Source of the DNA: Cyanophora paradoxa CCMP329
Lineage: Eukaryota > Plantae > Glaucophyta
Assembly (NCBI GenBank): GCA_004431415.1
Contig: QPMI01000252.1
Coordinates: forward strand, 1 to 64,000
DNA: 64,000 nucleotides
Direction: 5' to 3'
Position 1 is the stretch's first letter. Each line of letters begins with the position of its first letter. Positions 1-10,864 of this stretch are shown piece by piece. Made by a program: the position numbers and the translations under genes. The notes under the pieces are model-generated. The model had not been told where the DNA came from, searched no databases, and worked only from the letters and a program-made list of their open reading frames with translations.

Positions 1-3000
1 CCCCGACGTCGAGGGCCCCCAGTCGCTCCCCACCCGCGCCGGCGGCCGCGTCTCCGTCTACGAGGCCGCCGACTCGGAGGACGAGGCCGAGTACGTCGTC
101 TCCAAGGTCCGCCCCGCCCCGCCTGACCCCGCCCCGCCGCCTTGCCCCGGCCCCGCCGCTGCCGAGCCCCGTCTCGTGCGGCAGATCGCGTCGCTGCTGG
201 AGAGCAAGGAGGCGGCGCCCGGCGAGATCGCCGTCCTCTTCCGCACCACCGCGCAGGGTGCGCCCCGCCCCGCCCCGCCCGCCCCGCGCCGGCGCCGGGG
301 CGCGGGGCCGACGCGGGGGCCAGCGGACGCGCTGCTGTCGGAGCTGGACGGGGCGGGGGTGCCGTTCCGCTTCCTCGGGGGCCACCACCTCTTCCGCCGC
401 CGCGAGGTCCGCGACATCATCGCCTACCTCCGCCTCATCCACAACCCCGACGACGAGGCCGCCATGGCCCGGGTCCGCCCCGCCCCGCCCCGCCCCGCCC
501 ACGCGAGCCGGCCGGGGCTGAGCGCGCCGAGCAGGTGATTAACGTGCCGGCGCGGGGCGTGAGCGACGCGACGTGGCGGGAGGTGCGCGCGTGGGCGCGC
601 TCGCGGCACCAGCCCGTCTTCGCGGCGTTGCGGGCGCTGGCGGGGGCGGGGGCGGCGGGGAGCGCCCCCGTGGAGCACCCGTTCGCCCCGCGCGTCGTCG
701 CCGGCCTGGCCACATTCTTCGAGGACATCTCCTCGCTCCGCGCCGGCGCCACCGGGGCCGACTCCGGCCGCTCCCCGAGCCCGGGCTCGGCCCCGCGGCA
801 CCGCCTGGGGAGCGCGGCGGAGGTGGCGCGGGGGGTGCTGGAGCGCGTGGGGTACGTGTCGTACCTGGAGGACCACTACGAGGCGGCGTCGAAGGGGCGG
901 CTGGGGACGCTGAACGAGTTCCTGCGGCGGCTCGAGGGGGAGTACGGGGCGCTGGGCGAGGCCGGCCTCGGCGTCCTCCTCCAGGACGTCGCCCTCTTCT
1001 CCGTCCGCCCGCCCCGCCCCCGCCCCTCGCCGCCGGTCGAGCGGGGCGGGGCGGGGGGCAGGACACGGACGACATGGACGGGCGGCGGCCGGCGGTGAGC
1101 CTGATGACGCTGCGCGCCTCGCGCGGCTTCGAGTTCAAGGCCGTCTTCGTCATGGGGCTCGCCGAGGGGACCCTCCCCGCCGCCGGCGCCGCCGACGACC
1201 CCGCCCTCATGGCCGAAGAGCGCCGTGCGCCCGCCCCGCCCGCCCGCCCGCCCGCCCGCCCGCCGGCTCGGAGCCGACTCGGGGCGCAGGGCTGGCGTAC
1301 ATGGCGATGACGCGGGCCAAGGAGCGCCTCGTGCTCTCGTACGCCGCGACGGCGGCCAAGAGCCACAGCCCGGCCGCCGCCGGCCTGCGCGGCGAGGCCC
1401 GCGTGCCCGTCGCCCGCTCCCGCTTCATCGACGACCTGCCCGGCTCGGTGGGCGTCACCCGCGCCGGCGACCGGAGCCGGGAGCTCGAGCGGGAGCAGAC
1501 GCTGGAGGAGCTGCTGGAGAACCTCCCGGGGGCGGACGACGACGAGCCCGACGCGCGGCCCGCCTCCCCGCCCCGCCCGCATCCGCCCGGGCTCCGCCGC
1601 CCTCGCCGGCCGCCGGCCCCGAAGGGCCGCACGGGTAGCGTCACCGTCGTCGACGGCAGCGGCTCCAGCCGCGTCCGCTCCCCGGCGCCCCGCTCCCCGT
1701 CGCCCCGCCGGGCCGCGTGCCCCTGCCCCTCACCGACGCCCCTTCCCTCAACGGCGCCTCGGTGCGCGTGCGGGCCGGGCCGGCGTCGGCCGCCGCCGCC
1801 GCCGCCGCGGCGGGGGCACCAGGGCTGGTGGAGGGGTCGGAGGGGGCGGTGGAGGGGGAGGGCGGGCGGACAAGTTCTTCGACCCGTTCGACCCGGAGGC
1901 GGAGCTGCCGGACGACGCGGAGATCGACGCGCTCTTCGAGAAGGAGATGGCGGAGAAGGGGAACACGGACGCGCTGGACCTGCTGCCCGAGCTCGACGAG
2001 GCGGAGCTGGCGGCGGGGCTCGACGACCTCGACCTCGACATCGACATCGACGAGATCCTGAAGAGCGTGACGGGCGTGGGCGAGGGCCTCGGCCTCGACG
2101 ACGACCTCGACTCGGGCGAGGTCCCCGCCGACACCGCCCTCCTCCAGAAGACCATCAAGGAGCTCCAGGAGGGCGGCCGCGCCGCCCGCGCCGACCTCGC
2201 CCTCGACGCCGACGAGGAGGAGGAGGAGGAGCTCGAGCTGGAGCTCGAGATCGAGGAGGAGGAGGAGGAGGGTGGGGCGCTGCTGGAGGGGGCCGGGGGC
2301 GGGGGCCTCGACATCGACGTGGCCGACCTCGAGGGCCTCGGCCTCGACGAGGACGACGAGGACGGCGACCTCCGGTCCGCCCTTTCTCCCTTCCCCCCGT
2401 CCGCCGCCGCCTGAGGCGGCCTCCCGCGCAGCACGATCCGGGCCGGCCGAAGAAGCGGGCGGTCGCGCAGCCGCTCAACTCGAGCCGGCGCGGCTTCCGC
2501 GCCACGGACGGGGACGAGGACGAGGAGGAGGAGGAGCTCGACCTCGAGCTCGCGGAGGATGACGAGGCGGGGCTGGCGCCGCGGGGCCCGGCCAAGGGCA
2601 AGGCCGGGGCGCGGGGCCGGCGGGAGGTGGAGGCGGGGGAGGAGGAGGAGGACGAGGACCTGGCGCTGCTGGACGAGGCGCCGAAGCGGGGCAAGAAGGG
2701 GGCGCAGCGGAAGCCGAGCCGGCGGTCGCGGTTCGTGGCGCGGGAGAAGACGCCGGCGCTCCCCGCCACCTTCGACTTCCGCACCTCGCCGAGAGCGGCG
2801 GCCGCCTCCACCGCCCGCCACCCGCACCCCGCCCAGATCGCCGCCCGCCGCGTCCGCCCGCCCCGCCCCGCCCCGCGCACCCGCCCCGCCCGCCTGACGG
2901 CGCCCGGGCCGGCAGATGGAGCCCGGGGAGCGCGTGGTGCACGAGCAGTTCGGGCCGGGGACGGTGGTCGGCTGCGGGCCCTCCCTCGACGGCAACGACC

Positions 3001-3750
3001 TCGAGCTCAAGATCGAGTTCGACAGCGGGCGCCGCAGCCGCCTCCTCGCGAGCGTGGCGAGCCTCGTGCGCGAGTCGAGCCTGGGCGAGCTGCCGCCGGC
3101 GGCCATCGCCGAGGAGGGCGAGCACGAGAGCGCCTTCGCCGCCGCGCGCCGCGCGGAGAGCGCCCAGCGCGCGAAGGCCGCGGTGGGGGCGCTGCCGGAG
3201 CCGGCGGTGATCGCGGAGCGGGCGCTGCGGGCGGTGGGGCGCAGGAGGCGCGGCGGGCGGGGCGGGGGAGGACGAGCTGGCGGGGCGGACCTCGAGCTGC
3301 TCGCCATGGACTCGGCCCGCGACTCCGTCGCCCTCTCCGCCCCGCCCCGGGCTCCCCCCCGGCGCCTCCTCCCCGTCCCGGCCCCTCGTCGCCCCCGCCG
3401 GCGCCCCCTCGGCCCCCGCGCCCCGGCCCCGGCGCGGCCCCGGCGGCGCCGTCGACGGTGCCGGCGGTGTCGGCGGGGCCGGCGACGGCGCCGGTCTTCG
3501 CGGCGGACCTCGCCCCGCCAGCGCCCTCCCGGCCTCCACCTCCCTCGCCGCCCGCCTCAAGGCCCGCGCCGGCTCCGCTCCCGCCGCCCCGTCCCGCCCC
3601 GCCCGCCAGGCCCCCCGCCCGCCCCGGCCCCGGTCCCGTGCAGGCCCCGCCGCCCCGGCGGGGCGCGCCAAGGGCAAGGCGAAGAAGAGCGCCGGGGAGG
3701 CGCCGGCGGACGGCGCCCCCAAGCGCCGCGGCCGCCCGCCCCGCGCGTGA
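1..3750 (+). CDS. UvrD/Rep/PcrA-like SF1A helicase, spliced, 5' part outside window. Acidic linker, Tudor-like C-terminal domain, terminal AT-hook-like motif
   Basis: Spliced exons give IAVLFRTTAQ (motif IV), GGHHLFRRREVRDIIAYLRLIHNP, VSLMTLRASRGFEFKAVFVMGL (motif V), EERRLAYMAMTRAKERLVLSY (motif VI), GERVVHEQFGPGTVV...KIEFDSG (PcrA/UvrD C-terminal domain) and PKRRGRPPRA* (TGA 3748-3750). GT-AG introns, e.g. 1003-1061. Confidence 0.88.
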
Positions 3751-3967
3751 GCCACGCCGCCTCGCCCCCGTTCAGACGTCAGATCTAGAGCCCGAGCCGT
3801 TTTGTCCCAGGCCGACCCTTTTTGATGCTTCACCGTGCTTTCTTTAGTTAGCGATCGGATGCGAATACGTACAGCAGCGCTGGAACCGGGCAGGAGGGGC
3901 CGGGAGAAAGGTTTGTTTGGGGCGGGCGGCGAGGTTCGGGGCGGTAGGGGTGCGCGCGGGGTCGACG

Positions 3968-5078
3968 TCAGCGGGGGCGGGCGGGGGCGGGGCGGCGGGG
4001 CTCGGGGGCGAGGGCGAGCTGGAGGGAGGCGCCGCGGAGGTCGGCGGTCGAGGAGGCGGTGAAGGCGAGGAGGGAGGCCACGAGGGCGTACTGCAGCAGC
4101 GCCCCCCACGCGTTCCGCTTCCGGCTCGCCCCGCTCTCCACCTTCCCAATGAGCGCGGGGAAGAGCGCCGGCCCTGCGCCCCGTCCGCGCGTTACGGGAC
4201 CGATCCGAGGGAGCTGGCCGAGGGGCCGGGGCGGGGCGCGCCGACGAAGAACAGGAAGAGGAGCACGCAGAGGATGAAGAGCTTGACGCGGTAGGCGGCG
4301 GCGCAGGGCGCGCTGGCGCGCAGGGCGCGCCAGACGTAGAGCGTCGCGCTGCAATGGAGAATGCCCGTTGAGAAGAATAAGCCGGCCATCGACTGGTGCA
4401 CCTGCGGCGCGCCGGCCCGGGAATCGAAGGCAGGATATCGATAGATGGGGCGGGAGCCCTCAGTGCACCTGTGACGCAATGGTGATTGGAATGTCCTCTC
4501 CCAGCAGTATCGCATCGGCGTCGGGCTGCATGGGGACGACTGCGTGCAGCGCGAGGAAGAGGCCAGAGAGGATGCCCGTGACCGTCGCAGTCAAGTTCGC
4601 GAGCCGCACGGCGCCCTCGTACGCGCCGAGCACGTCGAGCGCCTTTTCCTGGAGCGCGAGGAGCTGGAGGACCGCCGCCAACGCGAACAACGCCCCCGCC
4701 AGAGTGAAGCCCAAAGAGTAGACGTAGGACTCCGGCGCATGGTTGCTGCGCGCCGGCCGCACTCAAGGCGCGCGTGCACACGCGTACGCGTACGTACGCA
4801 TGCGCAACGACGTGCGCACCCTGTCAGCGAGATCGGCGGCGTGATGAAGCTGGTGTGGTGCAGGAGCTGGGTCAAGATGTAGCAGGTCACGATGGTCGCC
4901 CCAGCGATTGCGCAGCCTGCCGCCGGGACGAGGACAGCGGGTCCGAGGCGCCTGAGCACGCAGTGAACCCTGAGCCAACGAAAGCCCGAGCCCCCGAGCC
5001 GCACCGACTCACGCCACTCTCCTTGGCTGCCCTCGACGGGAGAAGCGCGACGCTGTCCTCGTCTGGCGCGGGCGCCAT
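3968..5078 (-). CDS. Frag1/DRAM/Sfk1 (TMEM150-like) multipass membrane protein, spliced, start uncertain
   Basis: Joined exons: ...TIVTCYILTQLLHHTSFITPPISLTG|NHAPESYVYSLGF...|VHQSMAGLFFSTG...VKLFILCVLLFLFFV|GPALF...GALLQYALVASLLAF. The PxISxxG..PES motif and about 6 hydrophobic segments fit the family. Confidence 0.7.
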
Positions 5079-5449
5079 TCCAGCAGCTCAGCAGCGTGCG
5101 CGGCGACCAGCAACTTTAGCAAACGATCGGCCTGTGCTGAGGCGCCGGCCTTGGCTTTGCAGCGCTTGCTCTGCGGGGGGCTACCGAATCTTCCGGCCGT
5201 TTCCTTGTTGCGGCTCAGGTGCCGTAGGAAGGCCACAAAAGGCACTGCGAGCCTCGGGAAAGCTACAGGAAGGCCGAGGCCAGCATCCAGACGCGCCATC
5301 AGCCCTCCGACGGTTGATCCCCCCGGAGACAAGTTCGGAGCTCAGTTCGGAGACAAGGATGGCGCCGGCTCGGCCCAAAGCGCTACATGTGACAGCAGCT
5401 TCGACGAGGAACAGCTTTTAGCCGGCTGGCCAAATGACGCTCGCCGCTC

Positions 5450-7536
5450 ATGCCGAAGATGACCTCGACCAGAAGCTACGCTCACCGCCGCGACAACAGG
5501 CACCGAAGTTTGGAAGGGTGCGCAGAAATCCCTGTTAGACCTTCTGGCGGCCACCAGGCCGAGTCTCGGCGCAGAGATCAGCGGCGGCGCAATCGGACTC
5601 GGAATTCTCCGAGGCGGGAGCCCCGGACCGGCCCGCAGAGGCCCGATACCGCTGCACGCCTCGCGAGAGCGGCTGGGGACGCCGCTGCAGTACGCGAGGC
5701 GGCAGACGGTGGCGGTGCCGGGCTTCCGCCGCTCCTTCCTCGCCCAGATAGCGCACAGCGAAGACGAGCACGAGGCGGCGGGGCGGCGGAGGGCGAGCCG
5801 GAGCGGGCCGGGCGGCGGGCTGCGGCGGCCGTCGCCGCCGAGGAGCCGGCGCGGGGCGCGCTGGAGGCGCTGGCCATGGAGGCGGGCCCGCGGAAGCCGC
5901 GGCGGGTGCTCCCGTGGGAGGAGCCGCGTCGGCTCGAGGAGGCGCGCCGGCGCGCGGCGGAGGAGGCGAGCGCCTCGGGCCTGCAGCCGCCGCGCCGCCA
6001 CGGGGCGGAGAGCGGCGAGAGCAGCGACGGGCGGGACGAAGAGGCGCACGCGGCGGCGGGCGGGGGCGGCGGGGCGGCGGGGCGCTCGCGGCCGGCTCGC
6101 CGCGGCGGGCGGACGCGGGGATCCTGAGGCGGCGGCTCGGGAGCTGCGGGGGGCGGCGTCGGCGGCGGAGCACCCGAACGGGCCGTCTCGGAGCGCGGCC
6201 ACCACCGCAACGTGAGCTTCGATGGCCGCGCCGACGCCGGCGGCGGCGAGGGGGCGAGCAGCGGCCCATGCGCCACGCCCGCAGCGAGCGGCTGCGCTCG
6301 CTGGCGAGCAGCCGGGCGGAGAGCCCGTCGTCGCGCGCCCAGTCCCCCGCCTCGTCAGCGGCGGCCTCGGCCTCGGGCCGGGCCCGGGGGCGGGCGCGAG
6401 CCTCAGGGCCTCCACGTCGTGCCGCGGGCGGCGTGGGGCGAGGTGCAGCTGCTGCGGCAGGTCGGCTCGGGGGCGACGGCGGACGTGTACGAGGGGGAGT
6501 GGCGGGGCCAGCGGGTGGCGGTGAAGCGCTTCCTGTACCGGTGCGAGGAGTTCACGCGGGAGGAGGTGGAGCGCTTCCGCAACGAGGCGGCCGTGCTCGA
6601 GCGCCTCCGCCACGCCGCCGTCGCCCGCCTCCTCGCCGTCGGCGACCGCCCCCGCACCTCTTCCTCCTCACCGAGCTCTGCCCCGCCGGCACCCTCGCCG
6701 ACGCCCTCCGCGCCCGCGCCGACGCCGGCCGCCGCTTCACCGCCGGCGAGGCCGCCGCGGTGGGCGCGGCCGTGGCCCGCGCCCTCGCGTACCTCCACTC
6801 GCGCCAGCCGCGCGTCGTCCACCGCGACGTCCGCCCGCCCCGCCCCCCGCCCCGCCCGCCCGCCCCGCGCCCCGCCGACGGGCCCGCGCGGGCGCAGGTG
6901 AAGCCGGCGAACGTGCTGCTCGGCGCCGACGGCGAGTGGCGCCTCGCCGACTTCGGGAGCGCGACGCACCTGCAGACGGCGGCGGGGCGGGGGCCCGCCG
7001 GCGCCCGCGCCGTCAGCGTGAAGCGGCGCATGGGCGACGAGGGCTCCTTCTTCTACCTCGCCCCGGGTGCGGCCCCCCGCGCCGCGCCCCCGCCCCGTCC
7101 CCCTGACCGGGGCGCAGAGGTGATCCGGGACGAGCCGGCGGACGAGAAGGTCGACGTCTACTCCCTCGGCATGGCGCGCCCGCACCCCCGCCCCCGCCCC
7201 CGGGGCCGGGCGCGCGCTGACGGGTGCGCAGCTGCTGTACGAGGCGGCGACGGGGCGGCGGCCGTTCGAGGGGAGCGGCCTGGCGCCGATGGCGGCCTCG
7301 CTGGCGGCCGCCACAGAGGGCCTCCGCCCGGCGCTCCCCGAGGAGGGCCCCGCGGCCGCCTGGCGCCCGTGATCCGGGCCTGCTGGGCGCACGAGCCGGA
7401 CGCGCGCCCCTCCGCCGCCGACGCCTTCCGCCTCCTCGACGAGCTCGCCCGGCCCCGCCTCCCCCTGCCCCTCTCCCCCGGCACCCCCGCCGCGCCCCTC
7501 CTCCCTCCCCAACGGCCCCCGCCCCTCCTCCACTAG
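5450..7536 (+). CDS. TKL/Raf-like protein kinase, spliced, N-terminus uncertain
   Basis: VGSGATADVYEGEWRGQRVAVK, FRNE, HRD|VKPANVLL, LADFG, YLAP|EV, KVDVYSLGM|LLYE, RACWAHEPDARP; stop TAG at 7536. Confidence 0.88.
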
Positions 7537-7776
7537 CCCCCGCCCGGCCCCTCCGGAGCCGGCATCCTTCATGCGCTTCCGACGGCGTCGGCGTCGCCAT
7601 TCTAAGGCGGCGATGGCCCCGCCCTCCAATTTTGCAAAGCTTTAGGCACAGGCCTCTGTACCTAGGTATTCGTTTGGAGCTTATTTGCATCTGTACGCTG
7701 TGAATTTATGGTATCCATCTCGTACGCGTGCGACCGGTACCGGAGCTCGATCGCGAGGGGCTCGCCGAGCCTCGGA

Positions 7777-7990
7777 GAAGAGTCGAGGGGGGCGAGCTCG
7801 AGAGGAAGCGCTAGCTCGAGGGCCCGGGCCGGGGAGGGGCGGGGAGGGGTGGCCCGGCGGGGGCCCGGGCGAGCTCGAGCTCGAGGCCGAGCTCGAGGGG
7901 CCCGGAGGGCGAAGAGTCGAGGGGGGCGAGCTAGCGCTCGCGATCGAGAGGAAGCCTTGAAGCTCGAGGGAGGGGCGGGGGGAGGGGCCC
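7777..7990. repeat. Degenerate ~134-bp tandem duplication rich in GAGCTC/CTCGAG, upstream of the GNAT gene
   Basis: GAAGAGTCGAGGGGGGCGAGCT at 7777-7798 and 7911-7932; CGAGAGGAAGC also occurs twice. Confidence 0.55.
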
Positions 7991-8093
7991 GGAGGGAGGT
8001 GTCGGGAAGGGGGTACCGGTGCACGTGCATAAGAAACTGCCCGGCCGCGGCCAGCTAGCGCTGCGCCTGCGCAGTCTGCAATCGAGCGCGCCC

Positions 8094-8839
8094 ATGGCCT
8101 CGGAACCACAGCTGCACTTGAGCTTCCGGCACCCGACGCTGGCGGACCTGCCGGCGCTGGCCGCGCTCGAGGCCGCCTCCTATCCCGCCGACGAGGCAGC
8201 CAGCGAGACGCAGCTGAAATACCGCATCGAGCACGCCAACGACCTCTTCCTCCTCGCCGAGGTGCCCCAACCGCGCTTCAAACCCCCGCCGCGCGCGCCA
8301 CGCCATTTTCCGCCTCCCGCCGCCGCGCTCGCGGGCTAATTATGACCGCGGGCGCTCCGCGCGGGCAGGACGCGGAAGGTCTAGCAGGTTTCGTCTGCGC
8401 GACGGCCTCCTGGGACACGAGCCTCACGCACCACTCGATGCGGCACCACGACGCCGACGGCGAGAGCGTGAACATCCACTCGGTCGTCACGCGGCACGCC
8501 CTCCGGCGCCGCGGCGTCGCGCTGCGCATGCTGCGGGAGTACGAGGCGTGGATGCGGGCCGGCGGGGCGCGGCGGCGGCTCCTGCTCATCACCAAGGCGG
8601 ACGTGCAGCCGCTCTACGAGAAGGCCGGCTTCACCTTCAGGGGCGTCAGCCCCGTCGTCCACGGTCCGCCCCGCCCCAGCGCGTCGCCCGGCCATGCGCT
8701 CCGCCTGCCACTTACGCCCCCGGGGCCCCTAGGGGAGACGCCCTGGTCCGTGCACGTGCCGGACGCGCGCCGGAGCGGGTTTCCCTCACCATGACCGCCC
8801 CCGCGCCGCAGGAACGAGATGCACCTCGAGCTGGCGTGA
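8094..8839 (+). CDS. Arylalkylamine/polyamine N-acetyltransferase-like GNAT (AANAT/PAA1 family), 4 exons
   Basis: LAALEAASYPADEAAS..LKYRI, GFVCAT, VNIHSVVTRHALRRRGVA, LLLITK..LYEKAGF, VVH|GETPW|NEMHLELA*. Includes a 13-nt microexon at 8733-8745. Confidence 0.88.
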
Positions 8840-9357
8840 GGGGCCGGCCCAGCGCCCGCCCACTCGCCCGCCCGCTCGCCGCGCCCGCCTGCTGGCGTCC
8901 CGCCCACCAAGACGCCGCAGAGCGAGCCCGAGCGCGGTCCGCATCCCTGTCTTTAACTGATTGGCGCCCCTCCGTTCGGCCCGCGACCTCCCTGTGCAGC
9001 CGCGGCGGTCTTAACAGCGAGCGCTAGCCTCGGAGCCGTAGAGGCGACCCGCGGCCGCCCGGCGGCCTTCGCTCCCGGGCCGGGGCCGGCGCGCACTTCG
9101 CGGAGACCTCGCGTGCGCCCGACCTTTAAACTCTACGATAGCCGCTTTCACTCTGCCATACGCAAATGTAACTGTCTGCATAGCAATACGTATATGCTCG
9201 TTACGTGCTAACTTAGTAAGGTTATACCCTCTAGATCTAGCACGGCAAAACACCGAGAGAACCGTGAGTGAAGCCGTGAAGCGAACTAGCGACTCTAGGG
9301 AACTAGTCAAATCGAAGTAAGGTACCTAGGGGCCCACGCCGCCTGCTAGGGATCTAG

Positions 9358-10846
9358 GAGCGCATTCTGGTCCAAAATTAATACAGCAATTGGGTTGGGA
9401 ATTATGTGTTGTGTGATGGCGCAGCGAGGGGGGCAGCGGGCTAGGCGACAGATAGCAGTAATGGAGGTTGCATGCTACTGAACACGATACATTAGGCGGC
9501 GTCTAGCCCCGTCACCATCGGTTTTCGACCACTGCGGGCGCGGGATTCGCGGCGCGGGATCGGCAAGACAGCTACACGAGTGCTAGGGAATCGGCGCGCA
9601 TAGGTCCTTTTTGCTAGCGGATCCCCGCTGCGCGCCCGCGCGCCAAGGTCCCGCGCGCCCGCTTGCGGAGGGGGGGGACAGCGATTCCGTCATGCAGTCC
9701 GCGCTGCTAGCGCTCTGGTCGCGTTATGCATGCGCGGTACAGCGCAACGATTGCGTTGTGTACCGCTTCGGGTCCTCCGCGCTGCCGCCGCCGCGCCAGC
9801 GCCGGTTTTGGGGCTGCCCAAAACCGGGGGGGACAGCGTTACGAGGCACCAGCTCCAGCCACACATCGCCCGGTGTGCGAAACGCTCGAGCGCGTCGCAC
9901 TCCCCAGGCGCCGCCGCTGTATCTGGCGCCTCCATCTGGCCCCGCTCGCCGCCGCAGTACACGCCGCACATCGCGGCACATGTACAGCTACTGCTATAGG
10001 TCCGTGGCTCACTTTGCATCGTGCTCGGTTCGCTCACCGCGGGCGATCCGGCGCGGCGCATCTGGCGGTTCGTCGCCCTCGCGCCGCCGCCGCATGTCAA
10101 TGCGATCCCGTGCGCGCTCCATCACGAGCCGAAAAGCCGGCGCTGAGGTCTGCACACGCCCGCGCCGCCCCCTGCGCCGAGCGCCGACCGCGGCCTGCCC
10201 GCGCTCATTTGCGCAGGGCGATCTCCGTTACCGCGCGTGCTCTGGGGGCACCTCGCCGTCGACGCATGGGACTCAATGGCTGCTGGCGTCTTGCGCAGTC
10301 AGAGCCAGGATCGCCGACGAGCTGCAGCATGCCGCCCCATGCCCTGCGCGCGCGCGCTTCGCCACAACCACGTATCCGCGGTGCGCGGGCCAGCCGCCTT
10401 TGCCCGCTCTTTGATATTCAATCGGAGGGTCTTTTTGAGCGTGGCGTCAGCCACGCTGGACGCCGCTCGCGCAGGGATCCCGCCCCCCGCCGCCCCGCCA
10501 ACCACGTACCCCGGTACGAGGCCCGGCCCGCGCCCCCGGCCCTGGCTCTGCCGGGCGGGGCCTTAGTGCCGCGCCCGGTGGGCCGCCGAATCGCTTGGGA
10601 GACGGCGCTGAACGCTGCTCCCGCAGGGCCCCCGCCCCACACCCCGGCTCTCCGTCGCCCCGCCAACCACGTACCCCGGTACGAGGCCCGGCCCGCGCCC
10701 CCGGCCCTGGCTCTGCCGGGCGGGGCTCTAGTGCCGCGCCCGGAGGGCCGCCGAATCGCTTGGGAGGCGGCGCTGAACGCTGCTCCCGCAGGGACCCCGC
10801 CCCCCGCCTCCCCGCCCCCCCGCCAACCACGTACCCCGGTACGAGG
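9358..10846 (+). repeat. Left long inverted-repeat arm (~1.49 kb, no recognisable coding content)
   Basis: Matches the reverse complement of 19861-21301 with a handful of substitutions and homopolymer indels. Confidence 0.9.
10490..10846 (+). repeat. ~160-165-bp internal tandem repeats of the arm (2 full units + partial)
   Basis: CCAACCACGTACCCCGGTACGAGG begins at 10498, 10663 and 10823. Mirrored units lie at about 19861-20165. Confidence 0.88.
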
Positions 10847-10864
10847 TACGAGGCCCCCGTACCC

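Noticed and set aside
4395-4472. Intron flanked by a CAGGTGCAC direct repeat as an introner insertion
   Set aside because: Explained by ordinary CAG|GT proto-splice context; I saw no family of sequence-similar introns beyond low-complexity GCCCC tracts.
10041-10799. Invertible (flip-flop) segment between 680-bp inverted repeats
   Set aside because: This segment differs from 19861-20620 by substitutions at a similar low density to the left/right arm differences, and extends further. Long arms with two breakpoints is the simpler explanation.
10490-10846. CRISPR-like repeat array
   Set aside because: Whole ~160-bp units repeat, there are no unique spacers or cas genes, and the context is eukaryotic.
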